Both the position numbers and the translations under genes were made by a program. Below, piece after piece: positions 43,711 to 60,086 of a DNA stretch of 64,000 nucleotides (position 1 is its first letter; every line of letters starts with the position of its first letter). The notes under the pieces are model-generated. The model was not told the origin of the DNA and ran no database searches. It saw nothing but the letters and a program-made list of their open reading frames with translations. The DNA is from Thalia democratica (taxonomy: Eukaryota): assembly GCA_965202585.1 (NCBI GenBank), contig OZ241831.1, forward strand, positions 14,756,001 through 14,820,000, given 5' to 3'.

Positions 43711-44298
43711 TTATTTTTTACAGCTCTTCTTGGTACTTGCCTTCTTAGATGCTTTTTTGGCTACCGGCTTCTTCTTGGTTACTTTCTTCTTCTTGCTTGC
43801 AGCTTTTTTAGATGCTGCTTTCTTAGGAGCACACTTTTTAGCAGGTCGCTTTTTGGCTGCTGGTTTTTTCGCTGCCTTCTTGGGAGCACACTTCTTTACT
43901 CGTTTCTTTGCTGCGGCCTTCTTTACTGCTGGCTTTTTAGCTACTTTTTTTGTCCTCTTCTTGGGACCAGCAGCTGGCATTGGAGCAAGCTTGAACGAGC
44001 CGGAAGCGCCTTTTCCAGTAGTCTGGAGAAAAGAACCTTTGGTCACGCCGCTGGTAAGTGCTCTCTTCAAGTGAGAATTAGAAGCTGAGAGGTCAAGCTT
44101 GTAGGTGTCCGCGATATATTTTTGTATCTTCTGGCGGGATGTACCTTTTCGTTCCTTCATTGCTCCCAGGGCAGAGCTAATCATCTCCCTGTAAGTCGGG
44201 TGTTCTGCCTTCTTGGCGCTTGGTCTCTTGGAAGACCTGGCCTTGGCTGCGGCCGCCGCCGCTGCTACTGCTGGTGCTGCTACTGCTGTGGTAGACAT
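43711..44298 (-). CDS. H1: Histone H1 (unit 6)
   Basis: Protein identical to unit 1. Confidence 0.95.
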   Translation of the reverse strand: MSTTAVAAPAVAAAAAAAKARSSKRPSAKKAEHPTYREMISSALGAMKERKGTSRQKIQKYIADTYKLDLSASNSHLKRALTSGVTKGSFLQTTGKGASGSFKLAPMPAAGPKKRTKKVAKKPAVKKAAAKKRVKKCAPKKAAKKPAAKKRPAKKCAPKKAASKKAASKKKKVTKKKPVAKKASKKASTKKSCKK

Positions 44299-45983
44299 TT
44301 TGTATGTATTTTAAAGCAACCGAAACAATACTTTTAGTAGTTACTGACTGTGACGAATTGACTGTTGAGCAGTTTTACTTTGTGAAGTACCTTTTACTGA
44401 TTAATACGAGCATTATCATGTGAGTTTAAAGCGCATATGCTCATAAAAGCATAGTTATTTTTTTACGAACGTCAAAAACATTCCAGTGACAAAGAAACCA
44501 GACTTAGCCTGGTCGGAAACAGAGTTTTTTTTAAAGCTTAGCTTTAAAGGTCCAGAAAAACAGTCTAAAAGTTACAGCACACCTCTGCATTTAATAATAT
44601 AAACCTCAAATGAAACAAAATACATTACTACACATCCGGTTTAGTTTTCTTCAGCTGCAAACTTAAAACTGTAAGATTTTAGACAAGCACAAGTATTTTT
44701 TCCACTTCAAGCTTAAGTTAAGTTTTATTATTTTAATTTCATTCGGTTTTGTCAATTGTAAAACCCATTAAGTATGTTTAACTTGATTACAACTTTAACT
44801 GTGCTGGTTAGTAAAAAGTAATTCATAAACAAACACAAGTATTTAATTTATGATACTTTACAAGTTATCATTACTTTAAGTATACTTATATTCAAAATGG
44901 CAGTACTAAACCACATAAAAAAACTTAAGTTCATAAGTTTTGAATTTGTTCTTCCACATACTAGTAACTTCAAAAATGTTCTGAACAGTAGCCATACAAA
45001 ACTTGTTAAAAAGCTAGAAACTAATGTTTAACTTGTTATATAAAACAGTCCCAACTAGTTACTAGTATTTCACAGTTAGAAAAATTTGAAACAACTTTTT
45101 AAAACTATTACACAGTTGTTTTGATTTTTTAACAACGTTTTATTTGTTATACTCGAAGCTGAACTAAGAACTTTTTCTTTGTAGATTTCATGAAAAGAAA
45201 GCGAACAAATGGATTTGATCGTAACTTTCCAAAACAAGACGAAATAACTTGCACTTAAATGAATATCAGTACTGTTCACTTATGTTCAAAGAAAAGGACC
45301 GAAATTTCAATATGAAGTTTAAAAGAGTTGCTTATTTTGAGACGAAGAACTTTACTTAAAAAAAGAGGTTAGGCTAATTTTAAAAGTAACAAAAGTACAG
45401 TTCAAAAATGACTGCATAATGATAGAAGTGTTTATGTTTACTAAGTGAAGATTTGTTTAAATAAACTTTAATTGATTTACTGCTTAAAGTAGTTTCTAAG
45501 TGTAATAAAAACTAGATTCATTACAATGTTCTGCACAATTTAGACAGTTGACTAAATGTTTTGCTGTGGTATATTTTAAAAAAGGTTGTTAAATCAACTC
45601 TAACTTGATATAAATGTAATTTCAAAATGTATTCTTTATTCTCAGGTGTTTTGAGCACTTCTGTTGTAACAACAGCATTTAAATTTCTAACATGTTAACA
45701 ATTAGCTAATGTGTTTGTTTGATTTTTGTGTCTTTTCCTTTTAAAACAGGGTATTTACTTATTTGAAAACTGTACGTTGCTTTTGCACTCGTACTATCAT
45801 AGCTGAACAGTTTTACGAAGCTTACTTTGAAGCAAATAAAAAAAAATAAGTAAAGGCAAGAAAAACTTAAATTATTTGTTAGTTAGAACAAAGTTAGCTC
45901 TAAACATAAGAAACACTTAAGCAAATAAGCTACAAGTTTCAGACAGTTCATTGGTTTATAACAACTTTTTATCGTTTTCGAAC

Positions 45984-46107
45984 GCCTACGACCATACCAC
46001 ACTGAACACACCCCATCTCGTCCGATCTGGGAAGTTAAAAAAGTGTCGGGCTTAAAGGTTAGTACTTAGATGGGTGACCGCTTGGGAATACCGCGTGCCG
46101 TAGGCTT
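45984..46107 (+). rRNA. 5S rRNA: 5S rRNA variant (unit 6)
   Basis: Same sequence as unit 1. Confidence 0.88.
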
Positions 46108-49100
46108 TTATTTTCAAGCACTTATTTGTTGGATTTATTCTTCATACTTATTATGAAAGTTTCTAGTTTATCTTAAACATTTTTTAATAATAAATGACAC
46201 ACTAACTAGACTGTCATTTAGTTGTAGACTTATTTTGTCTGTTGCTTTCATTTTGCTATTTATATAAAAGCCATAACTTTATTTCTTAAAAGCGTTTCGT
46301 TCTGCTCTAGACTTTTAACAAATATAACTTGAAATAAACAGTTGCAGTAGTTTTTAGTTATCAAGTTGTCTCATACACAGTCTTCAATAAAGTTACAAAG
46401 CTGTTTACTTCTTTTCCTTTGCATAATGTTTCAGCTATTGGTTTTTTTACGCGTTGATGTTTTATGTTAAAAATCCATAAGCAACTAAGTTTAATAAAAC
46501 AAGTCTAAGATTTGTAAAAAAAAAATTCAACTTTGCTATTCATGACAGTTGTACTGAAATTGAATGCTTTTTGGTCGTTTTTTTTCTTTAGAACAATCAC
46601 TGTTGTTTACATTTATTTATTTTTGAAAATACATTTTGATAAGCATGATCAGTATAATTTTCATGAATAAACCTCTACTGTTCAAGTATTTTTTAAAATA
46701 ATACGAAATTTATTAAAACTAACTGTTTTATTTTCATTCCATAATGAAATTACTTTTTATAGTGACGTAGAACAAGTTTTAAAAATAAAGTTTAGTATTT
46801 ATTAAATTAAAAAAAAAGTCTACGAAGTAAGCATAATTGAGAATTTTTTTTTTGTCTAAATAAAGAAGTTAACAAGAAAAAGCCTTTGGACAACACGTTT
46901 AAGTTAGTTGAAGCTTTTTATGAAACATCAAATTACAACTAGTTAACAAAACTTATTCCACGATTTAGGCAATACTTTCAAAACATAACTAGCTCTCTTA
47001 TTAAAAGTTGCTTAGAATGTCCAGTAAAAGTACAAAGGCAATAGTAAGTATGCATATCTAGGTGACAAAAGAAAAGACAGAAAAAATATTATTTAGAAGT
47101 AAAATGTGTCATTCAACTAGCTCTAACTCTTACTTTTGATCTTTTACCACCACAAAGTTGGTTGAGTTGCACATTTTTGTTGTTTAGTTAAAGCTTGTTT
47201 AACACTGCTTAGTAGACTTTAAAGCTGGTTAAATAAGCTGGTTGTCCTGATTACATTAGATTAACTTGATAAAGCTATAAGCAATGCTAGATCAACTAAA
47301 AGATGTAAGCTTTTTAAAGTTATAGATTCGAAATGTTCTTTTTCGTTCATGTTGTGATGCATATATGTTGTTTTTTGTTTATGTATTTATGAGTTGTAAT
47401 GCATGTTTTAAATGTGTTTTAGTTAAAGTTATTTTCTGAAACGATACAACATAAATTAGACCCAAAGCTAAACTAATTTTCAACTTGATAAATCTGTGAA
47501 CAATTTGAGTTCAATAAAAAGCTTTGTAAAAAGAATTCGGTTGTAATACATGATGGTTGTTGTACTGAAATTGCAGTTTTGTTGATTTTTTTATTTTGGT
47601 TTGAACAGCTTCTGTTGTTAATTGTATTTTAAACTGTTTTACTTAGTTTGAGTTGCATTGTAATAAAAAGAAATAATAAATTTTAGAAACTACTGGTTTA
47701 TTAGATTGTAATTGTTAATATCCAAAGTTAAGTTTGTTTTATTATAATTTAATGTATTATTTTCATTTAAAATCTAATACTTTTTACAGTGACGTAGAAC
47801 AGTATTTTTTAAATAAACTAAATACTTTTTCAATTTTACAAAAAGAAGTATACAAAATAAGCATAACGGGAATAAGTTTTGTTTAAAGAAAGAAGTTTAC
47901 AAGAAAATCTTATGGACACAAAAATCAAGTTAGTTGAAGCTTTCTGCGAAACGTATATTTATTTGTAATGTAACAGACTTAAGCAATGGTTTTTAAATAC
48001 AACTAGCTCCCTCCTCAAAAGTAGTTTAAAATGTCATGTAAGAGAACAAAAACAATTGTAAATACAAGTATGTGACAAAAAGTTAAAACACAAAAGTATA
48101 AGTTAGAAGTAAACTGTTTTATACAAACATTCTAACTCACCTTTTACCAGCACAAAAAACATTAAGTTTGGTTCGTTTTTGTCGTCTAGTTAGAGCTTGT
48201 TTAATGCTGCTTAGTGGACATTGATATCTGGTTGAATCAGTTGGTGGTCCTTATCACTTTAGACTTATAACAGAAATGACTATAGACTGTAAAAGTCGTT
48301 TTAAGTCATCAAGTTGTCTCACATATAGTTGTAACAAGTAATACAAATGAGTGGTGACAAGCTGTTACTTCTTTTCCTTTCAGCTTAAAAATTGAGTTCT
48401 TTCATGTATTCGACTAATTAAGCAATCAAAAACAAACTAAATAGATGTCAGCTTTGTAAAATAAAAGTTTTAATGATAAGCTTTCATCAACTATTTCAGC
48501 TATTTTTGTTTTGGTAAATCGCGTACTTGTTTATAGTGTTGTTTTTCTTTGAACAATCGATGTTGTTTACATTTATGTATTTTAATGTATGATTTTTAAA
48601 TTACTATGCATGTTTTTAATTTTAGTTGTAATTAAACTATATTTTTTGTGAAACAAATATTGTTTGTTGTTAACAATTGAAAACATACTTTGTTGATAAA
48701 CCAAAGTAAGTTTTATTCTTATTACTATTTAAGTGTACTATTTTCATTGAAAAATATAAATAGTTTTTAAAGTGACGTAGCGTAACTTTTTTTAATAAGT
48801 TAAAAAACAAATAATTATTGAATGTTTAAGAAAAGTGCACAAAGTAAGAACGAATAAGATAGAGTTCTTAGAAAAAAAAAGATATCAAGAAGAAAAAGAC
48901 ATCCAAGTTAGTTAATTATGTTAAGCATTCAATTACAGTAGTTGTTACATCAAGTTGTCTAACACCTAGTCTAAACAAGTAACTTTACCATGAAAATAAT
49001 AAAACAAGCATTTTTTAACCGTGTTTAAGCTAATGAGTTGGTTTGTATCATAGGGTGATGTTTTGGCTTGAAATGATATCTTAAATAAGCTAAATAGATG

Positions 49101-49703
49101 TCAGCCTTGTAGGTGGGAATACTTAAATGTGTTTGAAATTCACATTTGTTATCTTTTGTTCTGAACTTTTATTTCTATTTATATACTTATAACTTTTTAA
49201 AACATTTTACATGGTTTTAACTGCATTTAAGTTGATAAAAAGAAGACGTTTAAAAGTTAAACCTTTGTTGTGTTGCTGATAATCAACAACAACAACTTAA
49301 AAATGTAACAAAAACTAAGGTTTTTTTTGGTATAAGTTAAGTATACGTTACTGTATTATTTTTTTTAAACACTTATTTACTGAATGTTTTAACAGAAATT
49401 CAACAAATGAACAAGAAGTTGTATAGAAAAAAAAAAGTTCACGGACAACGTATTGAAGTTAGTTAAATCCTTTTTTACATATACTACTGTTTTTTCAAAT
49501 TAGACTTGAGCAATGGTAACCATAAGATTAAAACTTGAAAGTACGACAAATTTTAAATCAAACAACTAAAGTGTTTGATCTTTTAATTCTTATAACAACC
49601 AGTTTGTTTGTACAATTATCAATTTGTGGCTTGTACTTTAAGTAGATATCAATAGCCGGTTTTGTTCAAATGGTGGTCCTAAAAAGGACCGGTTGTTGAG
49701 CAT

Positions 49704-50063
49704 TTATTTTGAGCTGGTGTACTTGGTAACAGCTTTAGTTCCCTCTGAAACTGCGTGCTTTGACAACTCGCCGGGGAGCAAGAGCCTGACAGCAGTTTGA
49801 ATTTCGCGGCTGCTCACAGTTGACCTCTTGTTGTAATGAGCCAAACGTGAAGCCTCTGCTGCAATGCGCTCGAAGATGTCGTTGACAAATGAGTTCATGA
49901 TTCCCATCGCCTTGCTGGAAATTCCGGTGTCGGGGTGCACTTGCTTCAAAACTTTGTACACGTAGATGCCAAAGCTTTCTTTGTGCCTCCTCCTTCGCTT
50001 CTTCTTGCCGTCGACCGGGGTGGTCTTGGCTACTGACTTCTTCGCGCCTTTGGTTGCGGTCAT
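49704..50063 (-). CDS. H2B: Histone H2B (unit 7)
   Basis: Protein identical to unit 1. Confidence 0.98.
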   Translation of the reverse strand: MTATKGAKKSVAKTTPVDGKKKRRRRHKESFGIYVYKVLKQVHPDTGISSKAMGIMNSFVNDIFERIAAEASRLAHYNKRSTVSSREIQTAVRLLLPGELSKHAVSEGTKAVTKYTSSK

Positions 50064-50222
50064 GATGATGTGTGAACTTCAGTCTCGGCGCCAGCTTATA
50101 TACTGAAAGTTTATGCAAATTAGCATTTCCGTACGCGAACGACAGCCTCTCTCATTTTATGATTCTCTCGTTTGTCGTAAATATTTTTAGGTGGTCCTGA
50201 AAAGGACCTGGTTTGTTTCAAC

Positions 50223-50603
50223 TTAGGCTGATTTTTTTGAAGCGGTCTTCTTGGGCAATAATACTGCCTGGATGTTTGGAAGAACACCTCCTTGAGCAAT
50301 AGTGACGCCGCCGAGAAGTTTGTTCAACTCTTCGTCGTTGCGGATAGCTAGTTGCAAATGGCGGGGAATGATCCTGCTTTTCTTGTTGTCACGAGCAGCG
50401 TTACCGGCAAGCTCGAGCACTTCTGCGCTCAAATACTCGAGAACGGCAGCCAGATAAACTGGAGCACCAGCTCCGACTCTTTGGCTGTAGTTGCCAGTGC
50501 GCAACAGGCGGTGCACGCGACCGACTGGAAACTGCAGTCCTGCACGAGAAGACCTGCTCTTCGGCTTAGATTTGAGTTTTGATCCTTTACCACGTCCCGA
50601 CAT
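50223..50603 (-). CDS. H2A: Histone H2A (unit 7)
   Basis: Protein identical to unit 1. Confidence 0.98.
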   Translation of the reverse strand: MSGRGKGSKLKSKPKSRSSRAGLQFPVGRVHRLLRTGNYSQRVGAGAPVYLAAVLEYLSAEVLELAGNAARDNKKSRIIPRHLQLAIRNDEELNKLLGGVTIAQGGVLPNIQAVLLPKKTASKKSA

Positions 50604-50797
50604 CTTGTTGTTCGAATGATTGTGCCAAGATGCTCGCACAGCTCTGTATAAAACTCAAACCTAACCGCGTCGAACGAACAACTAATTTGCATATGTCGTA
50701 GCTGCTCTTTAATCTTGTCAAAATGTTTGTTCAGCAGTGTTGAAGAAATTTGATTTTGAAATGGGTGGTCCTAAAAAGGACCGAGTTTGCTAAATGT

Positions 50798-51142
<345 letters not shown>

Positions 51143-51298
51143 TTATTTATAAGCTGTTACGGACGCGTACGGTTACTACTAAACTAATTTGCATACTCAG
51201 AAAAGTCTCTAACTTACATTCTTTCGTTTGGTTTATTTTTTCTCACTATCAAACAAAGTTTAAAAGTGGCCCTGAAAAGGACCGGTTTTAGCTAATGC

Positions 51299-51835
<537 letters not shown>

Positions 51836-51896
51836 TCATGTTTTGTTAATATTTTGATTGAGTGGTCCTGAAAAGGACCTTGGGTAAAAGAACAAC

Positions 51897-52484
51897 TTAT
51901 TTTTTACAGCTCTTCTTGGTACTTGCCTTCTTAGATGCTTTTTTGGCTACCGGCTTCTTCTTGGTTACTTTCTTCTTCTTGCTTGCAGCTTTTTTAGATG
52001 CTGCTTTCTTAGGAGCACACTTTTTAGCAGGTCGCTTTTTGGCTGCTGGTTTTTTCGCTGCCTTCTTGGGAGCACACTTCTTTACTCGTTTCTTTGCTGC
52101 GGCCTTCTTTACTGCTGGCTTTTTAGCTACTTTTTTTGTCCTCTTCTTGGGACCAGCAGCTGGCATTGGAGCAAGCTTGAACGAGCCGGAAGCGCCTTTT
52201 CCAGTAGTCTGGAGAAAAGAACCTTTGGTCACGCCGCTGGTAAGTGCTCTCTTCAAGTGAGAATTAGAAGCTGAGAGGTCAAGCTTGTAGGTGTCCGCGA
52301 TATATTTTTGTATCTTCTGGCGGGATGTACCTTTTCGTTCCTTCATTGCTCCCAGGGCAGAGCTAATCATCTCCCTGTAAGTCGGGTGTTCTGCCTTCTT
52401 GGCGCTTGGTCTCTTGGAAGACCTGGCCTTGGCTGCGGCCGCCGCCGCTGCTACTGCTGGTGCTGCTACTGCTGTGGTAGACAT
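51897..52484 (-). CDS. H1: Histone H1 (unit 7)
   Basis: Protein identical to unit 1. Confidence 0.95.
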   Translation of the reverse strand: MSTTAVAAPAVAAAAAAAKARSSKRPSAKKAEHPTYREMISSALGAMKERKGTSRQKIQKYIADTYKLDLSASNSHLKRALTSGVTKGSFLQTTGKGASGSFKLAPMPAAGPKKRTKKVAKKPAVKKAAAKKRVKKCAPKKAAKKPAAKKRPAKKCAPKKAASKKAASKKKKVTKKKPVAKKASKKASTKKSCKK

Positions 52485-54170
52485 TTTGTATGTATTTTAA
52501 AGCAACCGAAACAATACTTTTAGTAGTTACTGACTGTGACGAATTGACTGTTGAGCAGTTTTACTTTGTGAAGTACCTTTTACTGATTAATACGAGCATT
52601 ATCATGTGAGTTTAAAGCGCATATGCTCATAAAAGCATAGTTATTTTTTTACGAACGTCAAAAACATTCCAGTGACAAAGAAACCAGACTTAGCCTGGTC
52701 GGAAACAGAGTTTTTTTTAAAGCTTAGCTTTAAAGGTCCAGAAAAACAGTCTAAAAGTTACAGCACACCTCTGCATTTAATAATATAAACCTCAAATGAA
52801 ACAAAATACATTACTACACATCCGGTTTAGTTTTCTTCAGCTGCAAACTTAAAACTGTAAGATTTTAGACAAGCACAAGTATTTTTTCCACTTCAAGCTT
52901 AAGTTAAGTTTTATTATTTTAATTTCATTCGGTTTTGTCAATTGTAAAACCCATTAAGTATGTTTAACTTGATTACAACTTTAACTGTGCTGGTTAGTAA
53001 AAAGTAATTCATAAACAAACACAAGTATTTAATTTATGATACTTTACAAGTTATCATTACTTTAAGTATACTTATATTCAAAATGGCAGTACTAAACCAC
53101 ATAAAAAAACTTAAGTTCATAAGTTTTGAATTTGTTCTTCCACATACTAGTAACTTCAAAAATGTTCTGAACAGTAGCCATACAAAACTTGTTAAAAAGC
53201 TAGAAACTAATGTTTAACTTGTTATATAAAACAGTCCCAACTAGTTACTAGTATTTCACAGTTAGAAAAATTTGAAACAACTTTTTAAAACTATTACACA
53301 GTTGTTTTGATTTTTTAACAACGTTTTATTTGTTATACTCGAAGCTGAACTAAGAACTTTTTCTTTGTAGATTTCATGAAAAGAAAGCGAACAAATGGAT
53401 TTGATCGTAACTTTCCAAAACAAGACGAAATAACTTGCACTTAAATGAATATCAGTACTGTTCACTTATGTTCAAAGAAAAGGACCGAAATTTCAATATG
53501 AAGTTTAAAAGAGTTGCTTATTTTGAGACGAAGAACTTTACTTAAAAAAAGAGGTTAGGCTAATTTTAAAAGTAACAAAAGTACAGTTCAAAAATGACTG
53601 CATAATGATAGAAGTGTTTATGTTTACTAAGTGAAGATTTGTTTAAATAAACTTTAATTGATTTACTGCTTAAAGTAGTTTCTAAGTGTAATAAAAACTA
53701 GATTCATTACAATGTTCTGCACAATTTAGACAGTTGACTAAATGTTTTGCTGTGGTATATTTTAAAAAAGGTTGTTAAATCAACTCTAACTTGATATAAA
53801 TGTAATTTCAAAATGTATTCTTTATTCTCAGGTGTTTTGAGCACTTCTGTTGTAACAACAGCATTTAAATTTCTAACATGTTAACAATTAGCTAATGTGT
53901 TTGTTTGATTTTTGTGTCTTTTCCTTTTAAAACAGGGTATTTACTTATTTGAAAACTGTACGTTGCTTTTGCACTCGTACTATCATAGCTGAACAGTTTT
54001 ACGAAGCTTACTTTGAAGCAAATAAAAAAAAAATAAGTAAAGGCAAGAAAAACTTAAATTATTTGTTAGTTAGAACAAAGTTAGCTCTAAACATAAGAAA
54101 CACTTAAGCAAATAAGCTACAAGTTTCAGACAGTTCATTGGTTTATAACAACTTTTTATCGTTTTCGAAC

Positions 54171-54294
54171 GCCTACGACCATACCACACTGAACACACCC
54201 CATCTCGTCCGATCTGGGAAGTTAAAAAAGTGTCGGGCTTAAAGGTTAGTACTTAGATGGGTGACCGCTTGGGAATACCGCGTGCCGTAGGCTT
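54171..54294 (+). rRNA. 5S rRNA: 5S rRNA variant (unit 7)
   Basis: Same sequence as unit 1. Confidence 0.88.
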
Positions 54295-57200
54295 TTATTT
54301 TCAAGCACTTATTTGTTGGATTTATTCTTCATACTTATTATGAAAGTTTCTAGTTTATCTTAAACATTTTTCAATAATAAATGACACACTAACTAGACTG
54401 TCATTTAGTTGTAGACTTATTTTGTCTGTTGCTTTCATTTTGCTATTTATATAAAAGCCATAACTTTATTTCTTAAAAGCGTTTCGTTCTGCTCTAGACT
54501 TTTAACAAATATAACTTGAAATAAACAGTTGCAGTAGTTTTTAGTTATCAAGTTGTCTCATACACAGTCTTCAATAAAGTTACAAAGCTGTTTACTTCTT
54601 TTCCTTTGCATAATGTTTCAGCTATTGGTTTTTTTACGCGTTGATGTTTTATGTTAAAAATCCATAAGCAACTAAGTTTAATAAAACAAGTCTAAGATTT
54701 GTAAAAAAAAAATTCAACTTTGCTATTCATGACAGTTGTACTGAAATTGAATGCTTTTTGGTCGTTTTTTTTCTTTAGAACAATCACTGTTGTTTACATT
54801 TATTTATTTTTGAAAATACATTTTGATAAGCATGATCAGTATAATTTTCATGAATAAACCTCTACTGTTCAAGTATTTTTTAAAATAATACGAAATTTAT
54901 TAAAACTAACTGTTTTATTTTCATTCCATAATGAAATTACTTTTTATAGTGACGTAGAACAAGTTTTAAAAATAAAGTTTAGTATTTATTAAATTAAAAA
55001 AAAAGTCTACGAAGTAAGCATAATTGAGAATTTTTTTTTTGTCTAAATAAAGAAGTTAACAAGAAAAAGCCTTTGGACAACACGTTTAAGTTAGTTGAAG
55101 CTTTTTATGAAACATCAAATTACAACTAGTTAACAAAACTTATTCCACGATTTAGGCAATACTTTCAAAACATAACTAGCTCTCTTATTAAAAGTTGCTT
55201 AGAATGTCCAGTAAAAGTACAAAGGCAATAGTAAGTATGCATATCTAGGTGACAAAAGAAAAGACAGAAAAAATATTATTTAGAAGTAAAATGTGTCATT
55301 CAACTAGCTCTAACTCTTACTTTTGATCTTTTACCACCACAAAGTTGGTTGAGTTGCACATTTTTGTTGTTTAGTTAAAGCTTGTTTAACACTGCTTAGT
55401 AGACTTTAAAGCTGGTTAAATAAGCTGGTTGTCCTGATTACATTAGATTAACTTGATAAAGCTATAAGCAATGCTAGATCAACTAAAAGATGTAAGCTTT
55501 TTAAAGTTATAGATTCGAAATGTTCTTTTTCGTTCATGTTGTGATGCATATATGTTGTTTTTTGTTTATGTATTTATGAGTTGTAATGCATGTTTTAAAT
55601 GTGTTTTAGTTAAAGTTATTTTCTGAAACGATACAACATAAATTAGACCCAAAGCTAAACTAATTTTCAACTTGATAAATCTGTGAACAATTTGAGTTCA
55701 ATAAAAAGCTTTGTAAAAAGAATTCGGTTGTAATACATGATGGTTGTTGTACTGAAATTGCAGTTTTGTTGATTTTTTTATTTTGGTTTGAACAGCTTCT
55801 GTTGTTAATTGTATTTTAAACTGTTTTACTTAGTTTGAGTTGCATTGTAATAAAAAGAAATAATAAATTTTAGAAACTACTGGTTTATTAGATTGTAATT
55901 GTTAATATCCAAAGTTAAGTTTGTTTTATTATAATTTAATGTATTATTTTCATTTAAAATCTAATACTTTTTACAGTGACGTAGAACAGTATTTTTTAAA
56001 TAAACTAAATACTTTTTCAATTTTACAAAAAGAAGTATACAAAATAAGCATAACGGGAATAAGTTTTGTTTAAAGAAAGAAGTTTACAAGAAAATCTTAT
56101 GGACACAAAAATCAAGTTAGTTGAAGCTTTCTGCGAAACGTATATTTATTTGTAATGTAACAGACTTAAGCAATGGTTTTTAAATACAACTAGCTCCCTC
56201 CTCAAAAGTAGTTTAAAATGTCATGTAAGAGAACAAAAACAATTGTAAATACAAGTATGTGACAAAAAGTTAAAACACAAAAGTATAAGTTAGAAGTAAA
56301 CTGTTTTATACAAACATTCTAACTCACCTTTTACCAGCACAAAAAACATTAAGTTTGGTTCGTTTTTGTCGTCTAGTTAGAGCTTGTTTAATGCTGCTTA
56401 GTGGACATTGATATCTGGTTGAATCAGTTGGTGGTCCTTATCACTTTAGACTTATAACAGAAATGACTATAGACTGTAAAAGTCGTTTTAAGTCATCAAG
56501 TTGTCTCACATATAGTTGTAACAAGTAATACAAATGAGTGGTGACAAGCTGTTACTTCTTTTCCTTTCAGCTTAAAAATTGAGTTCTTTCATGTATTCGA
56601 CTAATTAAGCAATCAAAAACAAACTAAATAGATGTCAGCTTTGTAAAATAAAAGTTTTAATGATAAGCTTTCATCAACTATTTCAGCTATTTTTGTTTTG
56701 GTAAATCGCGTACTTGTTTATAGTGTTGTTTTTCTTTGAACAATCGATGTTGTTTACATTTATGTATTTTAATGTATGATTTTTAAATTACTATGCATGT
56801 TTTTAATCGTGTTAGTTGTAATTAAACTATATTTTTTGTGAAACAAATATTGTTTGTTGTTAACAATTGAAAACATACTTTGTTGATAAACCAAAGTAAG
56901 TTTTATTCTTATTACTATTTAAGTGTACTATTTTCATTGAAAAATATAAATAGTTTTTAAAGTGACGTAGCGTAACTTTTTTTAATAAGTTAAAAAACAA
57001 ATAATTATTGAATGTTTAAGAAAAGTGCACAAAGTAAGAACGAATAAGATAGAGTTCTTAGAAAAAAAAAGATATCAAGAAGAAAAAGACATCCAAGTTA
57101 GTTAATTATGTTAAGCATTCAATTACAGTAGTTGTTACATCAAGTTGTCTAACACCTAGTCTAAACAAGTAACTTTACCATGAAAATAATAAAACAAGCA

Positions 57201-57893
57201 TTTTTTAACCGTGTTTAAGCTAATGAGTTGGTTTGTATCATAGGGTGATGTTTTGGCTTGAAATGATATCTTAAATAAGCTAAATAGATGTCAGCCTTGT
57301 AGGTGGGAATACTTAAATGTGTTTGAAATTCACATTTGTTATCTTTTGTTCTGAACTTTTATTTCTATTTATATACTTATAACTTTTTAAAACATTTTAC
57401 ATGGTTTTAACTGCATTTAAGTTGATAAAAAGAAGACGTTTAAAAGTTAAACCTTTGTTGTGTTGCTGATAATCAACAACAACAACTTAAAAATGTAACA
57501 AAAACTAAGGTTTTTTTTGGTATAAGTTAAGTATACGTTACTGTATTATTTTTTTTAAACACTTATTTACTGAATGTTTTAACAGAAATTCAACAAATGA
57601 ACAAGAAGTTGTATAGAAAAAAAAAAGTTCACGGACAACGTATTGAAGTTAGTTAAATCCTTTTTTACATATACTACTGTTTTTTCAAATTAGACTTGAG
57701 CAATGGTAACCATAAGATTAAAACTTGAAAGTACGACAAATTTTAAATCAAACAACTAAAGTGTTTGATCTTTTAATTCTTATAACAACCAGTTTGTTTG
57801 TACAATTATCAATTTGTGGCTTGTACTTTAAGTAGATATCAATAGCCGGTTTTGTTCAAATGGTGGTCCTAAAAAGGACCGGTTGTTGAGCAT

Positions 57894-58253
57894 TTATTTT
57901 GAGCTGGTGTACTTGGTAACAGCTTTAGTTCCCTCTGAAACTGCGTGCTTTGACAACTCGCCGGGGAGCAAGAGCCTGACAGCAGTTTGAATTTCGCGGC
58001 TGCTCACAGTTGACCTCTTGTTGTAATGAGCCAAACGTGAAGCCTCTGCTGCAATGCGCTCGAAGATGTCGTTGACAAATGAGTTCATGATTCCCATCGC
58101 CTTGCTGGAAATTCCGGTGTCGGGGTGCACTTGCTTCAAAACTTTGTACACGTAGATGCCAAAGCTTTCTTTGTGCCTCCTCCTTCGCTTCTTCTTGCCG
58201 TCGACCGGGGTGGTCTTGGCTACTGACTTCTTCGCGCCTTTGGTTGCGGTCAT
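57894..58253 (-). CDS. H2B: Histone H2B (unit 8)
   Basis: Protein identical to unit 1. Confidence 0.98.
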   Translation of the reverse strand: MTATKGAKKSVAKTTPVDGKKKRRRRHKESFGIYVYKVLKQVHPDTGISSKAMGIMNSFVNDIFERIAAEASRLAHYNKRSTVSSREIQTAVRLLLPGELSKHAVSEGTKAVTKYTSSK

Positions 58254-58412
58254 GATGATGTGTGAACTTCAGTCTCGGCGCCAGCTTATATACTGAAAGT
58301 TTATGCAAATTAGCATTTCCGTACGCGAACGACAGCCTCTCTCATTTTATGATTCTCTCGTTTGTCGTAAATATTTTTAGGTGGTCCTGAAAAGGACCTG
58401 GTTTGTTTCAAC

Positions 58413-58793
58413 TTAGGCTGATTTTTTTGAAGCGGTCTTCTTGGGCAATAATACTGCCTGGATGTTTGGAAGAACACCTCCTTGAGCAATAGTGACGCCG
58501 CCGAGAAGTTTGTTCAACTCTTCGTCGTTGCGGATAGCTAGTTGCAAATGGCGGGGAATGATCCTGCTTTTCTTGTTGTCACGAGCAGCGTTACCGGCAA
58601 GCTCGAGCACTTCTGCGCTCAAATACTCGAGAACGGCAGCCAGATAAACTGGAGCACCAGCTCCGACTCTTTGGCTGTAGTTGCCAGTGCGCAACAGGCG
58701 GTGCACGCGACCGACTGGAAACTGCAGTCCTGCACGAGAAGACCTGCTCTTCGGCTTAGATTTGAGTTTTGATCCTTTACCACGTCCCGACAT
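58413..58793 (-). CDS. H2A: Histone H2A (unit 8)
   Basis: Protein identical to unit 1. Confidence 0.98.
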   Translation of the reverse strand: MSGRGKGSKLKSKPKSRSSRAGLQFPVGRVHRLLRTGNYSQRVGAGAPVYLAAVLEYLSAEVLELAGNAARDNKKSRIIPRHLQLAIRNDEELNKLLGGVTIAQGGVLPNIQAVLLPKKTASKKSA

Positions 58794-58987
58794 CTTGTTG
58801 TTCGAATGATTGTGCCAAGATGCTCGCACAGCTCTGTATAAAACTCAAACCTAACCGCGTCGAACGAACAACTAATTTGCATATGTCGTAGCTGCTCTTT
58901 AATCTTGTCAAAATGTTTGTTCAGCAGTGTTGAAGAAATTTGATTTTGAAATGGGTGGTCCTAAAAAGGACCGAGTTTGCTAAATGT

Positions 58988-59332
<345 letters not shown>

Positions 59333-59488
59333 TTATTTATAAGCTGTTACGGACGCGTACGGTTACTACTAAACTAATTTGCATACTCAGAAAAGTCTCT
59401 AACTTACATTCTTTCGTTTGGTTTATTTTTTCTCACTATCAAACAAAGTTTAAAAGTGGCCCTGAAAAGGACCGGTTTTAGCTAATGC

Positions 59489-60025
<537 letters not shown>

Positions 60026-60086
60026 TCATGTTTTGTTAATATTTTGATTGAGTGGTCCTGAAAAGGACCTTGGGTAAAAGAACAAC